Source of the DNA: an uncultured Alphaproteobacteria bacterium
GTDB lineage: Bacteria; Pseudomonadota; Alphaproteobacteria; Rhizobiales; Hyphomicrobiaceae
NCBI GenBank assembly: GCA_963724945.1
Contig: CAVRWL010000004.1
Span: forward strand, 2,093 to 66,092
DNA: 64,000 nt
Direction of reading: 5' to 3'
This document shows positions 31,600 to 43,086 of the stretch, piece after piece (position 1 is the first letter of the stretch; each line of letters begins with the position of its first letter). Under the pieces are notes generated by a model. The model had not been told where the DNA came from. It did no database searches and worked only from the letters and a program-made list of their open reading frames with translations. A program made the position numbers and the translations under genes.

Positions 31600-31658
31600 A
31601 CGAGCGCAGCCACTTTGCTTTGAGCGTTGTGTTGCTTTGAGCGTTGAGCGCCGCCATC

Positions 31659-32483
31659 ATGACCGCCATGGCAAAGAAGTCCGATCTCGTCGCGGCGCCC
31701 TCCGCGGCGCTGTGCTCGCAGCCGGTCGACGCCACGGCCTATGATGCGGGAGGAGAGGGCTCGCCGGTCACCTGGCAAATCCCCGACGAAGTCCCCGTTG
31801 CCATCCAGATCAACTCGGCGCCCTACACGGTGATGATGGCGACGCCGGCGAACCTCAACGAGTTCGGCGTCGGCTTCGCGCTCGCCGAAGGCATCGTGCC
31901 GAGGCGCTCCGATATCCGCGGCGTGCTCGCCATGCCTGTCGAGAGCGGCTTTGCCGTCGATATCGCCATCGATGAGGCGGCGCTCGAAGCAGCGCGTATG
32001 CCGCGCCGCTCCATCGAGGGCCGCTCGGGCTGCGGCCTGTGCGGCGTGGAGAACATCGCCGACGTCGTGCGCGTGACGGCGCCGGTTGAGCGCCAGGTCC
32101 GTCCCGACGCCGCCGCGATCCTGAAGGCCGCCACGGAGCTGCCGCAGCGCCAGCCGATGAACCGGCTCAATCACACCGTGCACGGCGCGGCGTGGGTCTC
32201 GCTTAAGGGCGAGGTTTTGATCGTGCGCGAGGACGTCGGCCGCCACAACGCGCTCGACAAGCTGATCGGCGCGCTTTTCGAGACGGGGACGGACCTCTCC
32301 TCCGGCTTCGTCCTGATGACGAGCCGCTGCTCTTTCGAGCTCGTGCAGAAGGCCGCCACCGTCGGCATCGGCGCGCTCGTAACCGTCTCGGCGCCGACCG
32401 CGCTCGCCCTCAAGATCGCCCGCAACGCCCACCTCTTTCTAGCCTCGCTCGGCGACCGTGGCGTCGTCGTCGTCAACACGTAA
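31659..32483 (+). CDS. fdhD: formate dehydrogenase sulfurtransferase FdhD/FdsC
   Basis: MMATPANL, SGCGLCG, REDVGRHNALDKLIG, TSRCSFELVQKA. Confidence 0.95.
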   Translation: MTAMAKKSDLVAAPSAALCSQPVDATAYDAGGEGSPVTWQIPDEVPVAIQINSAPYTVMMATPANLNEFGVGFALAEGIVPRRSDIRGVLAMPVESGFAVDIAIDEAALEAARMPRRSIEGRSGCGLCGVENIADVVRVTAPVERQVRPDAAAILKAATELPQRQPMNRLNHTVHGAAWVSLKGEVLIVREDVGRHNALDKLIGALFETGTDLSSGFVLMTSRCSFELVQKAATVGIGALVTVSAPTALALKIARNAHLFLASLGDRGVVVVNT

Positions 32484-32518
32484 CGCGCCCTCGGGAGCAA
32501 TCGGGAAAGCCTCGCCTC

Positions 32519-32755
32519 ATGGAAAACCGTGACATGACCCGCATGGCCAATCAGATCGCGGCCTTCTTCGAGGCGTATCCGCGCTCGGAGGCACTCGAGG
32601 GGATCGCAAAGCACGTCAAGAGCTTCTGGGACCCCAGAATGCGCAAGCAGCTCGACGCCTACATCGCCGCGGGGGCCGAAGGCCTGTCGCCTCTCGTCGT
32701 CGCCGCGCTGGCGCCAAAAGGCGGCTCACAACCCAAAGCTAAAGCCAAGGCCTGA
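32519..32755 (+). CDS. fdsD: formate dehydrogenase delta subunit
   Basis: RMANQIAAFF...HVKSFWDPRMR. Confidence 0.93.
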   Translation: MENRDMTRMANQIAAFFEAYPRSEALEGIAKHVKSFWDPRMRKQLDAYIAAGAEGLSPLVVAALAPKGGSQPKAKAKA

Positions 32756-32969
32756 TCGGCAATTCTTGGTTAGCCAATCGCAGCGCGGCCCCGCTTGCAG
32801 CGGCTCCCGGCGAGGCATAGATTCCTCTTATTGCGAAGTTGCGAAGGCCGCGCCGGCGAGAGGCTTTTAGTGGCCCACGGTCCCTTTGCCGTGGGATGCT
32901 CACGCCAGCGATCTTGCTCTCTATGCGCGGCCGATGAAATGGCAGGAGGACCGCCACAGGAGGACCGTC

Positions 32970-33440
32970 ATGGGACTCGCATTGACGCTGCAGCAATACC
33001 TCGATGACAAGCACATCGACTACGATGTCCTGAAGCACAAGCGCACGCACTCATCGGAAGGCACCGCGCGCGCGAGCCACGTGCCCGGCGAGCGTCTCGC
33101 CAAAGCCGTGGTGCTGACGCGCGAGGGCGGCTTCGTCGTCGCCGTCGTTCCCGCCTGCGCCAAGGTCCGGCTCGATAGCATCGAGAGGATCCTCCATTGC
33201 CCCGTGAGCATAGCGAGCGAGGACGAGATCGCGGAGCTGTTCCCCGACTGCGATACGGGCGCGGTGCCGCCGATCCCGGAGGCCTACGCCGTCGAAGCCT
33301 TCATCGACGAGAGCCTGGATGCGCAGCCCGACGTCTATCTGGAGGGCGGTGACCATCGCAGCCTCGTCCACATCTCGGGCGAGCAGTTCCGCGCTCTGAT
33401 GAAGGACGTGCGTCACGCGCGCATTGCCGCGAGCCACTGA
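32970..33440 (+). CDS. YbaK/EbsC family aminoacyl-tRNA deacylase
   Basis: LAKAVVL, FPDCDTGAVPP, GGDHRSLV; RBS CAGGAGG. Confidence 0.9.
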   Translation: MGLALTLQQYLDDKHIDYDVLKHKRTHSSEGTARASHVPGERLAKAVVLTREGGFVVAVVPACAKVRLDSIERILHCPVSIASEDEIAELFPDCDTGAVPPIPEAYAVEAFIDESLDAQPDVYLEGGDHRSLVHISGEQFRALMKDVRHARIAASH

Positions 33441-33470
33441 GGCAACCCACTGAGACCTAGGCGCGCCGGC

Positions 33471-36400
33471 TCACACGACCGCCGTCTTGTCGAGGTGCGC
33501 CACCATGAGCGGGTAGACGTCGCGGGCTGCATTCTTTCCGAAGATGCAGTCGATGTGGCCATACCCGGGGATTACCCGGCGCTCGTAGAGCTGGCGGCCG
33601 TTCGCTGCGGCGAGCCGCTCAAGCGTCCGCTCCGTGCTCGCGGGAAGGAAGCACGCGTTCTTGGCCCCGTGGATGAACAGGATCGGCAGCGCCAGGCGCC
33701 CGATATGGGGCAGGTAGACGTCGTTGCCGTTTCTGTCGAGCACGTGTCCTCTCCGCGTAAAGAGGGCGAGCTCTTTGAAGGCGTCGATGTTGGCCTCCCC
33801 GAACATCTCGGCAAGGCCCGAGGTGACGGTCGCCTCGTTGAGCTGCTCGAGCTGGTAGAGCCGCCCGTAGAGCGCGGTGATGCGGTTCGAGGTGGCGTCA
33901 CGCGTGCGTTCCGAGCGCGGCACCGCAACGATGAGCTGCAGCACCTTGTCGAGCGCGCGCTCGAGGAGCCCGTCGGAGGTGGTCGCGCGCGCGTCCACGA
34001 CGTCTATCCCCATCAGATCGAAGACATCCGGCGCGTGCAGGTACGCGAGCATCCGCTGCGGGAACAACGGCACGACGTAGTCGGTGGCGATTTGCGATAT
34101 GACGGCCGAGCGCACGCCTTCCAGGCCCGCCAACATCGCCATGGAGAAGGTGGTCGCGCCGAAGCAATGGGCGAGCATCTGCACCGTGGCAGAGCCGGTA
34201 ACGGCGCGCACCTTGGCGAGCGCGGCCGGATAGTCCTTGGTGGCGACGTCGTCGCCGGTCCACAGCTCGCGCGCGTAAGGCAGATCGACGCTGGCGCGGT
34301 AGTCGAGCAGCCAGCAGTCGTAGTCCGCCGCGACCAGGAACTCGATGAGGTTGGTCTCGATGGTATCGATCGCATAGATGAGGCTCGAGACGCCGAGCCC
34401 GTGCGAGAGCACGACGGGGCCCTTGCCGCCGCCGCGATAGCGCGTGAGCTTGAGGACCTTGCCGTCGCTCGTCTTGGCGAGATGAAACTCGGGCTCCGGC
34501 ACGCGCAGCGTCCGCTTCTTGCGCGGATTGACGGTATCGTAGCGGCCTGGGCGTGACAGCACGCCTCCGTAGGTGTCGAACAGCTCGCGGCTGAAGAAGC
34601 GTCCGAACTTGGCGACGGCCCGCAGACGATCGGCGGAATCCCGCCCGCCGAAGCCCTTAAGCGTCTGCATTTGCACGTAGAAATCAGATGGCGCGATCTC
34701 CAGCATGCCACGCGCGATATGCCCCGTCTGGGCCTTGGCGCCCATGCCGAGGTCGACATAAAGCCGCGTGGTGTCGCGCCAAAGGTCGAGATCGGCGTCC
34801 GAGCGCACGATCTTGTAGCCCTCGAAGTAGAACTCGCGGCCGTCACGCGCGCCGAAGGAGAAGCGGTAGTCGAAATGCTTGGTCTCCACCTCGTCCTCGT
34901 CCAACCGCAGCAGATTGAAGACGCCGTCAAAGATGTCCATGGGTTCCGGCGACAGCGAGGGACACTCGACGGAGCCGATGATGCGGCCGTTGTGGCTCTT
35001 CTCGTCGACGAAGCGGTCGACGTCGTCGATGATTACCGTGACGGTGAAGCTTAAGGGCGTTCCGGCGTCGCGCCCGCGCCGCGCCGCCGTCTCGTGCGGC
35101 AACGTCACGTCGGGGGAGACGTAGCCCGCCATGCGCTCGGTGAACTCGACGCCGGCGGGCGCGAGCTTCTCGCGTCCATCCGGGCCGGCGTAGAGTGCCG
35201 GTGCATCCGTCTTCGGCGCATCCGAGAAGGTCAGGCCGTAGTCGCGGGCGAGATGGATCATCGCGCGCTCGGCGAGCGCCGTTATCGTCAGCAAGGGATT
35301 GACGCCCAAGGGGCGCGGAATGACCGAGCCGTCGCACACGTAGAGCCCGGCGTGCACCGCGCCATCGGCTGCGTCGGGATGCGCGTCAAACACCTGGCAT
35401 TTGTGGTCCACGACGCCGCGCGTTCGATCCTGCCCCATCACGCAGCCTCCGAGCGGATGCACGGTGATGAGGCTGTTGCCGAGGATCGTATCGGTCAGCG
35501 GATTGCGCACGAAGGTGCCGCCGGTCGCTCTCGTCGCCCGCTTCAGGTTGCGCTCGGCGGCAGCGAAGATCGGCTGCTCGGCGACGCCCGGCCACGACAC
35601 CTCGAGGCCGCCCGTCGTCGAGCCCGATGCGGCCCCGGCCGTCGTCATGGCTCATGACGAGATACGTCTGCGTGCGGTGGATAGCGCCCTGATAGGGGCC
35701 GAACAGCAGGCTCTGGCGCTCGCGCGCCTGCTCCTCGAGCGCGTCGAGAAGGCCTTTGTCCATGTCCTCCCCGAAGCGCGCCGCGCCGGCGGCCATGAGT
35801 GCCGGCAGCACAGGCGCGAGGCCCGACGGGATCGATCCTTCCTCGATCACCATGCCGTCCTCGAGCCGCTCTGCGTCGCGCAGATCGATGAGGCCAGTGA
35901 TGCAGGGCCCGACGGGTCCCGTCTCGGCAGTGGGCGGCGCGCCGACGCCGATGCCGTTGACGGGCACGTCGTTGTTGTAGGCGAAGGCGAGCACGTCGCC
36001 GTTGCCGGTGAAGCGCTCGCCCAATTGATCGGAGACGGCGAGGCCCGCCGCGCGCGAGCGCAAGAGGATCTCGGTGGAACCGAGCGTGCCGGCGGCGAGC
36101 ACGACGATATCGGCGGTGATCGACTGGTCGGCGGCGGCGAACTTCTCGCGCTCGAGCCCCAAGGGCTCGAAATAGACGCGCCAGCGCCCGCGCTCGGGCA
36201 AGACGTGCGTGACGCGCAGCTCGGTGAAGATCTCGGCGCCGTGATTGTAGGCGTCCGCGATATAGGTCACCTGCACCGTGTTCTTCGCGCCGACATTGCA
36301 GCCCGCGCAGCAATCGCCGCACAGCGTGCATGCCGGCTGCTCGACGCCCGCGTAGTTGACCTGGCGCTCGAAGGTGACGTTGATCGGCGGGCGCACCACG

Positions 36401-36909
36401 TCGCGGCCGAGCAAGTTGCCGCTCACCTCCAGCGCCTTCAGCTTGGCGAGTGGCGGCGCGTCGGGATAGGGCGTGGGGCGCAGCACCTCTTGCGCGCGCG
36501 CAAAGCCCTCCTGGCGCGTCTCGTCGCCGGCGATCTCCTTGGGCCAGACGGGATCGTCCCAAACGCGCGGATCGGGGGGCAGCGAGACGTTGGCGTTGAT
36601 GAGCGAGCCGCCGCCCAGCCCGCAGCCGAGCAGCACGTGAATGTCGTTGCCGAGGCGGAGATCATAAAGCCCGAGCCGCGAGCCGGCGATGTGGGTGCCG
36701 TCCTTGGCGACCTGAAACTGCTCCTGCGCCTCGATCAAGCGGTCGGGAAAGTCGCCGATCGCAAACTCGCGGCCGCGCTCGAGCACGGCGACGCGCTTGC
36801 CGCAACGGGCGAGCCGCGAGGCGGCGACGCCGCCGCCGTAGCCCGAGCCGACCACGACGACATCGTAGCGCAGCTTCAGATCGGCGATGGACTTGGACAG
36901 CCGCCGCAT
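33471..36909 (-). CDS. cholesterol-oxidase-like GMC oxidoreductase fused to an alpha/beta hydrolase (~1145 aa; one extra base near 35612)
   Basis: VVVVGSGYGGGV FAD motif, GCGLGGGSLINANV, TVHPLGGC, GVNPLLTITALAER; C-terminal hydrolase with AHCFG and GYGHID. Confidence 0.88.
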
Positions 36910-36913
36910 CGCC

Positions 36914-38720
36914 TCAGTCTCCTCCTGCGCCCATCAAGTCGCGCCGCCAATGCCCGAACCACACGGGCTCTTTCTTGTCCGCGGCTGCAGCCTTGGGCGG
37001 CGCAATGACGGGACGCTCAGGCGCGTCCTCCCCCTTCATCTCCCAGCCGTAGTCGCGGGCGAGATGGATCATCGCGCGCTCGGCGAGCGCCGTGATGGTC
37101 AACAGCGGGTGGATGCCGAGCGGGCACGGGATGACGGCGCCATCGCAGACGTAGAGGCCGGCATGCACGGCGCCTGCGTCGCGATCCTCGCTCGTGTCGA
37201 ACACCTGCCCCTTGTGATTGACGACCCCCATCGTGCGGTCGGCGCCCATGGTGCACCCGCCGAGCGGGTGCACGGTCATGAGGTTGCCGCCGAAGATGCG
37301 CTCCGTCGCCGGATTGCGCATGTAGGTGCCGCCCGTCGCCGCCGCCGCGGCCATGAGCACGCTCTCGATGCGTTGGAACACACGCTGGCGCGGACCGTTG
37401 GACCATTCGATGGCTATGCGATCGTCTTGCAGCCGCATCAGGCCGTTGCCGGCATCGTGGCCGACCGCGAGGAACGTCTGCGTGTTGTGGACGGCGCCGT
37501 CGTAAGCGCCCTTGATCAGACTTTCGGTCGCGCGACCCAAAGCGTCGAGACCGTCGGAAAGCGATCGAGCCTCGCTCTCGCCGAACAGCGCGGCGCCAGG
37601 TGCCAAGAGCGCCGGCAGTAGCGGCGCGAAGGCGCTCGGCAACGCGCACTCGACGATCGCCAGGCCGTTCGCGCACATCGGGGTCGTCGCGCAGATCGAT
37701 GAGGCCGTTGACGGCCTGCCCCACCGGCGGCACGTGCACCTTCGCCGGGTAGCCGACGCCGACACCATTGACGGGGACGTCGTTGTTGTAGGCGAGCGCG
37801 ATTGCGTCGCCGTTGCTGGTGAAGCGGGCCCCGAGCCATTCCGAGAGCTTGAGGCCTTTCGCCTGCGAGCGCAGCAGGATCTCGGTGGAGCCGAGCGTGC
37901 CCGCCCCGAGCACGACGATGTCGGCTTTGATCTCGTCCCTGAAGGAGCGGTGCCGGCTACCATCGCCGCCGCGTATCCAGACGCGCCACGCGCCGTCCGC
38001 CTCCTTGGCAAGCGCGTAGACGCACGTCTCGGTGAAGATCTCCGCGCCGAAGCTCTCCGCGTCCGCGAGGTAGGTCGAGGCGACCGTGGTCTTGGCGCCG
38101 ACGTTGCAGCCGCCGCAGCAGTCCCCACACTGCGTGCAGCCCTCCTGGTAGACGCCGGCGGCGTTGGGAGCCGGACGCTTGGGCGACATGCAAAGGCACC
38201 GGCGAAACACTGCGCCCCAAGGCCGACGCGGCGAGGCGGAGCGCGCGCACTTTTTCAAACGAAGATGTGTCGGCGCACGGCTCAGGGCGCAGCATGTGGC
38301 GCGCGCGCACGAAGCCCTCGGCCAGCAGCCGGTCGCGGCGCACCTGCCGGCGGCCAGGCGCGATCATCGAACACGCGCGCATCGGGCGACAGGCAGACGT
38401 TGGCGTTGATGAGGGACGTGCCGCCGAGACCGCAGGCCATCATGACATTGACGTCTTCGCCGAGACGCACGTCGAACAACGCGGTGCGCTGAGCCCATGC
38501 GCACGTGCGCGCCGCTCACCTGCACCTCCTTCGCCGCGGCGGTCGCGCGATCGGGGAATTCGCCGGGGAGGAACTCGCGACCGCGCTCGAGCACGGCGAC
38601 GCGCTTGCCGCAACGGGCGAGCCGCGCGGCGGCGACCCCGCCGCCATAGCCCGAGCCGACCACGACGACGTCGTAATCCGCTTTGAGCTCGGAAGCTGGC
38701 TTCGATAGCCGCGCCTGCAT
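36914..38720 (-). CDS. second cholesterol-oxidase-like GMC oxidoreductase, multiple indels and a garbled stretch
   Basis: DVVVVGSGYGGGV, CGLGGTSLINANV, CTQCGDCCGGCNVGAK, TVHPLGGC, GIHPLLTITALAER recovered from several frames. Confidence 0.85.
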
Positions 38721-38729
38721 GATTCCCTC

Positions 38730-40710
38730 AAGCTCCCTCCGGACGGGCTTTCGCGACGTTTGATGTCCCCAACGCGTATCTCGATCGGGCCCTCGATGAG
38801 GATCGGCCGCAAGGGCCGCAGCGGCACGATGGCCGGGCCCGCGGAGACTTCATCGCCGCCGCGCTGCTTGGCGCGGCGCCACGCCCAGCGCCGCGGCGTC
38901 CGGCGCAGCCCTACGGGAAAGATCGTCAGCTTGTTCGGCTCGATCTTGAGGCGAAGAAAATTCTTGTAGTCGGGAATGCCCATCGACGCGAATGCCTGAT
39001 CGCAGTGCAGCCCGATGAGACAAGCAGATCGTCAGGTAGGCGCCCCAGACGAAGCCCGCGGCGATACCGCCGAGGAAGATCAGCTCGAGCGGAAAGACCA
39101 CGATGGCGCGGATGAGACCTTTCACCGTGCCCGGGGTGTCGATCTGCATCTGCTGCAGCGTCGTCACCGCGCGCGGCCACAGCCAGTCGACGCTCACCCT
39201 CGAGGTCCACGATATGAAGGCGTAGAGCGCGAGCATCATCGCAATGTGCGCGAGCCCAGTGCAGGCAGGCGAGCGCCACGCGCACCCGGTTGCCGTAGGC
39301 GGGGTCCGCATAGATGAACAGCACGACCCACAGGCCCAAGCACAACAACCCCAGCATGACGTTGTTCGCCGCAGCCAACGGGGCAATGATGAAGATGTGC
39401 GGGAACCAGTGGAAATCGGGGTCCTTGTTCAGGATGTCGCCCACCTCCTGGAAGCGCCAGTTGCTCCCCTCGAGCCGCGTCGTGGCGAAGAACCAGGTGA
39501 TCAGCCAGTAGAAGAAGCCCAAAGCGACGGCAAAACCGTAGTTCTTGAAGGGAAACGCGAGCGTCCAAAGGCTCAAGCGGCGGCTCGTCATGCGCGAGGG
39601 CCAGCACGACGGCTTGTCCGTGCTCTTGCCGTTCTTGATCTTGCAGCGAAGCGTGAGATCGATGTCCTGCCCAAGCCACGTGAACTTGCGCACGCTTTTC
39701 AAATAGTGCGTGGGCGAGAAGTAGGCGCCGCCGCCGCCCGCGGTGAAGAAGCTTGTGCCGCCGCCACCGTCTTTCGCGACAAAGCGGCTGTAATGATGCA
39801 GGTCGCCGGAGAGAACGGCACAGATGCGCGCGCCAGCGTCATCGGCAATCTTGGTGATCTGGCTGAGGTTGTCCTCGCCCTGCTGCGTGTCGCCTTTGTC
39901 GTAGTTCCACGTGGGCTCAGGCGTGCACAAGATCAGCTTGGGGGCTTCGGTCGGGTGCTGCTTCATCGCCTCGGCGACGCCCTCGAAGTAGAGCACCTGG
40001 CCGGCGTCGAGGTATTGCGCGAGCTGGATGTCGGCGCCCCAGATCCACCAGTTGTGCGGCAGCCGTATCGCGAAGTAGCTGCGGTGCTGCGGGCACAGCC
40101 AGCCGCCGATGTGGTTCTGGGTGTCGTGCCCGAAGCGGGCCTTGCAGAACATGTAGTCGAAGGAGCTGAGACCGTCGTACCAGTCATGGTTGCCGGGCAG
40201 CACGAACAAGAGCCGGCGCCAGTTGCCGTCGGAGGCCGCAGGCAGCGCCGTCTTGTAAGGGAATTCAAATCGCTCGCGGTAGGCCTTGCGCGTCGGGTAG
40301 GGATAGACCTGGTCGCCGCCCATGACGAGCAGCTTGGCGGCGGGAAGCTTGCCGACCCCGTCGATCTCGACCGACGGCGCACTGATCAGCGAGGCCATCG
40401 CGAAGGTGGAATCGAAGCCGTCGCCCAGGTCGGCGACATAGTCGACCCAAACCGTATTGCCGTCGCCGAGCTGGGGTAGGTCGGAGTAATTGTAGCGTCC
40501 GACGACGGTCTTCATCACCTCGGGCGTAAAGCCGTCGATCGTCGCCTGCATGATGCGCTGGTCGGCATATTGGCCGAAGAGCTCGGAGACGACGGAGCGC
40601 CAGCCCGTAGAGACGAGATGGCCCGGGCTGTACCAGCGGACCATGCGCGGCAGCGCATTGATGTCGACGGGCTCCCCCCGGCCTGAGGCCATGTGCCGAA
40701 CTCCCCCCAT
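38730..40710 (-). CDS. membrane-bound calcineurin-like metallophosphoesterase (indels near 39290 and 39015; 3' end approximate)
   Basis: DYVADLGD, MGGDQVYP, PGNHDWYDG, SGDLHHY, then several TM helices and YKNFLRLKI. Confidence 0.8.
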
Positions 40711-41019
40711 GCGACTGAAATAACGACGTTTCTTGGCGGCCGGAGTCCCGCAGTCCGTCCTCGCCCGAGTTTAGGTTGGTGCGCCAACGATGTCCAGGAT
40801 GGCACCCAGGGATGCCCGGCAGCTGTTGCAGCCGGCCGATCGGCGGCAACCATTGGGCCGCAATGGCGGGATGGAGGCGCGCCCCACCCGGTTGACGCCG
40901 GTCATAGGCCGGCCGGCGGCGCCGCCCTAGGATGCTTCTCAACCAGGGCTTAACCCGCATCCGCTTGGCTTGCCTTACCCGACCAGTTGGCCCTGCAGCA
41001 GCACTCAAGGGGAACGACG

Positions 41020-41257
41020 ATGGCAGACATGCAGAAGTACACCGAAGACCTGAAGCGCATGCGCGACGAGATCAAGCTCAAGATCCATCTGGGCTCGAAG
41101 GAGGCTCAGGAGGAATGGGCGGATCTGGAGAAGCGCTGGAAGGCCTTTCGCGAGAAGGCCGAGCTCAACCGCACTGCCGGCGAGATCGGGTCAACCGTCA
41201 AGCAGCTCGGCTCCGACCTGAAGAGCCGCCTACGAGCGCATCCGCAAGGCGATGTGA
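41020..41257 (+). CDS. small helical hypothetical protein (78 aa; one extra base near 41227)
   Basis: RBS AAGGGG; LKRMRDEIKLKIHLGSKEAQEEW...; corrected frame ends SAYERIRKAM*. Confidence 0.7.
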
Positions 41258-41322
41258 GGGCTGCGCTCCCGCGCTGAGATTTGGCGCCGCGCGAGCGCCG
41301 TTCCGATGACGCTGCATTGGCC

Positions 41323-41655
41323 TCAGGAAGAGGAGCGCTTTGGCGGCGTCTGCGACCAATGGCGGCCGATGTCCCTGAAGAACTTGTACCAATACCAGAT
41401 GAGGAAGATCGGCACGCCGATGTCGTAGACCGCATCAAGGCCGGGGATCGGCTCGACAGGAATTGCCAACGCTCCTGCCGCCGCCGTCGCGCCGACGCGA
41501 TAGCTCAGCGCCGTCAAAACGCGCTTCAGAGGGTTTGTCGGCGGCAGCAGCGACACGATAACAATAAGAGCGATGAGCAGCACGACCATCACGCCCACGA
41601 AAATGAGAAGGTCGCGCACGATGCCTTCGATCGCAGTTAGCGAGTCAGCGCTCAT
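41323..41655 (-). CDS. small membrane protein
   Basis: 110 aa, 2-3 TM helices, RBS GGAGA upstream. Confidence 0.65.
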   Translation of the reverse strand: MSADSLTAIEGIVRDLLIFVGVMVVLLIALIVIVSLLPPTNPLKRVLTALSYRVGATAAAGALAIPVEPIPGLDAVYDIGVPIFLIWYWYKFFRDIGRHWSQTPPKRSSS

Positions 41656-41818
41656 GGGAGATTTCTCCGGCCTCGGTCGCGGACGTCTCAGCGGCACCCA
41701 CGCTGAGCGTGCAAGCCGCATTATAGGCGCCATCGACACAGGCGGCGCGATTATTGGAGACTGGGCCGCGAGCAGCCGAGAGAGGTCTCGCTCTCTGCCG
41801 CAGCAAGTGGCGACGGGA

Positions 41819-42100
41819 TCAACGGCCAGTGCAGGCCTGGTACCGGTCCCACCAAACCTGAGCGCCCGTTGCGAGCGCATAGCTGCGAATGCACCCACAA
41901 TCGCCGTAGCCGCAGACATTGGCCCTGTAATAGCGAATGTGCGGCCGATAGTACCTTCTGGCGTAGAGGCGAGGCTGCACCACCCAGCCCCTTTGGCACC
42001 CGCGCGCGCGCGAGCACGCGCTGGCTGGATCTGCCAGTGCCGCGAGAGCTCCCGCGCAGGCGACCGCCGCGACAAGAGCAGCCAAGCTCGGCTTCGTCAT
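41819..42100 (-). CDS. small secreted Cys/Arg/Tyr-rich protein
   Basis: RBS CAGGAGG; signal peptide; C-terminal CGC...ATG..VWWDRYQAC. Confidence 0.72.
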   Translation of the reverse strand: MTKPSLAALVAAVACAGALAALADPASACSRARGCQRGWVVQPRLYARRYYRPHIRYYRANVCGYGDCGCIRSYALATGAQVWWDRYQACTGR

Positions 42101-42296
42101 GAAAGCCTCCTGATCCACCGCCGCCTCGTTGGCGCAAATGCGTCTTCGTGAGAAGAGGCCAAGCGAGGGTGCGGCATGCGGCCGTCCGCGTAATGGCGAC
42201 CGCCGGCGCTCCTATACTCAGTGCGATCACCTTTACGCTGGCTTAACAACGACTTGCAGATGCGGTCGTGCCGTACGCTACCAGCGACCGAGCCCG

Positions 42297-42834
42297 TCAG
42301 CGGAGACGGCTCCAAACAAACTTGCCGTGCTTCCAGTACAGTATGAAATCGCAGCTACCGCCATCCGGATCTGGACAGCGATCCTGCAGCTTGCGACTGA
42401 CCGATAACGCGAGGAGCCGGAAATACCCTTTCTCCGATGCGCTCAGAAACCAGTCGGGATCAGCCACCTCATCCAAGACCTTTTCCCACCGATGCGCCCC
42501 GACCTGCTTGAATACCCTCAGCTCGCAGCCTGCGGTGTTGCACGCGCCAAAACTCTTCATCTGGCCGCTGCACGCTCTCCAGCTATCGAGAAGAATGTCC
42601 TTTGAGCCGTCGCGATCGAGATCGATGATCGTCACGCCGGCCTTAGGATCTTCTGTCGGCTGGCTCCCCTGCTCCCGACACTCGCTCCGTACCTGAGCCA
42701 GAATTCTTGCTAACCTGGGCAGGATATTCGGAGGCCTCAAGATCTAGGTACGAGTAAGCCGACGCGCCAAAGGGATAAAAAGCGGCCGCGCACGCGACCG
42801 CCGCGATCATGAAGTTCCGCGCAATCGATCCCAT
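42297..42834 (-). CDS. secreted hypothetical protein (one extra base near 42714)
   Basis: Signal peptide in ORF 42643-42834 joins ORF 42297-42740 (DLDRDGSKD, CNTAGC); lower GC3. Confidence 0.6.
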
Positions 42835-43011
42835 CCCATATGCTCCCTAAACTTCGTCACGCCCGAGGGATTCGGTACGCCACGCACCGCCGCCCATTCC
42901 ACCGCGCTTTCCGCTTCTTCGTAAGCCTGCCGAGCTCGCGGCCGATCGAGGCCGAATGCGAGTGGGAGCGCAGAGTGGGAATGGAACGACTGCGTAACAC
43001 ACTGAAGTAGT

Positions 43012-43086
43012 TGGCTGGGGCGGGAGGACTCGAACCTCCGAATGGCGGAATCAAAATCCGCTGCCTTACCACTTGGCTACGCCCCA
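43012..43086 (-). tRNA. tRNA-Gln (anticodon TTG)
   Basis: Reverse complement TGGGGCGTAGCCAAGTGGTAAGGCAGCGGATTTTGATTCCGCCATTCGGAGGTTCGAGTCCTCCCGCCCCAGCCA, 75-nt cloverleaf with CCA. Confidence 0.97.
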
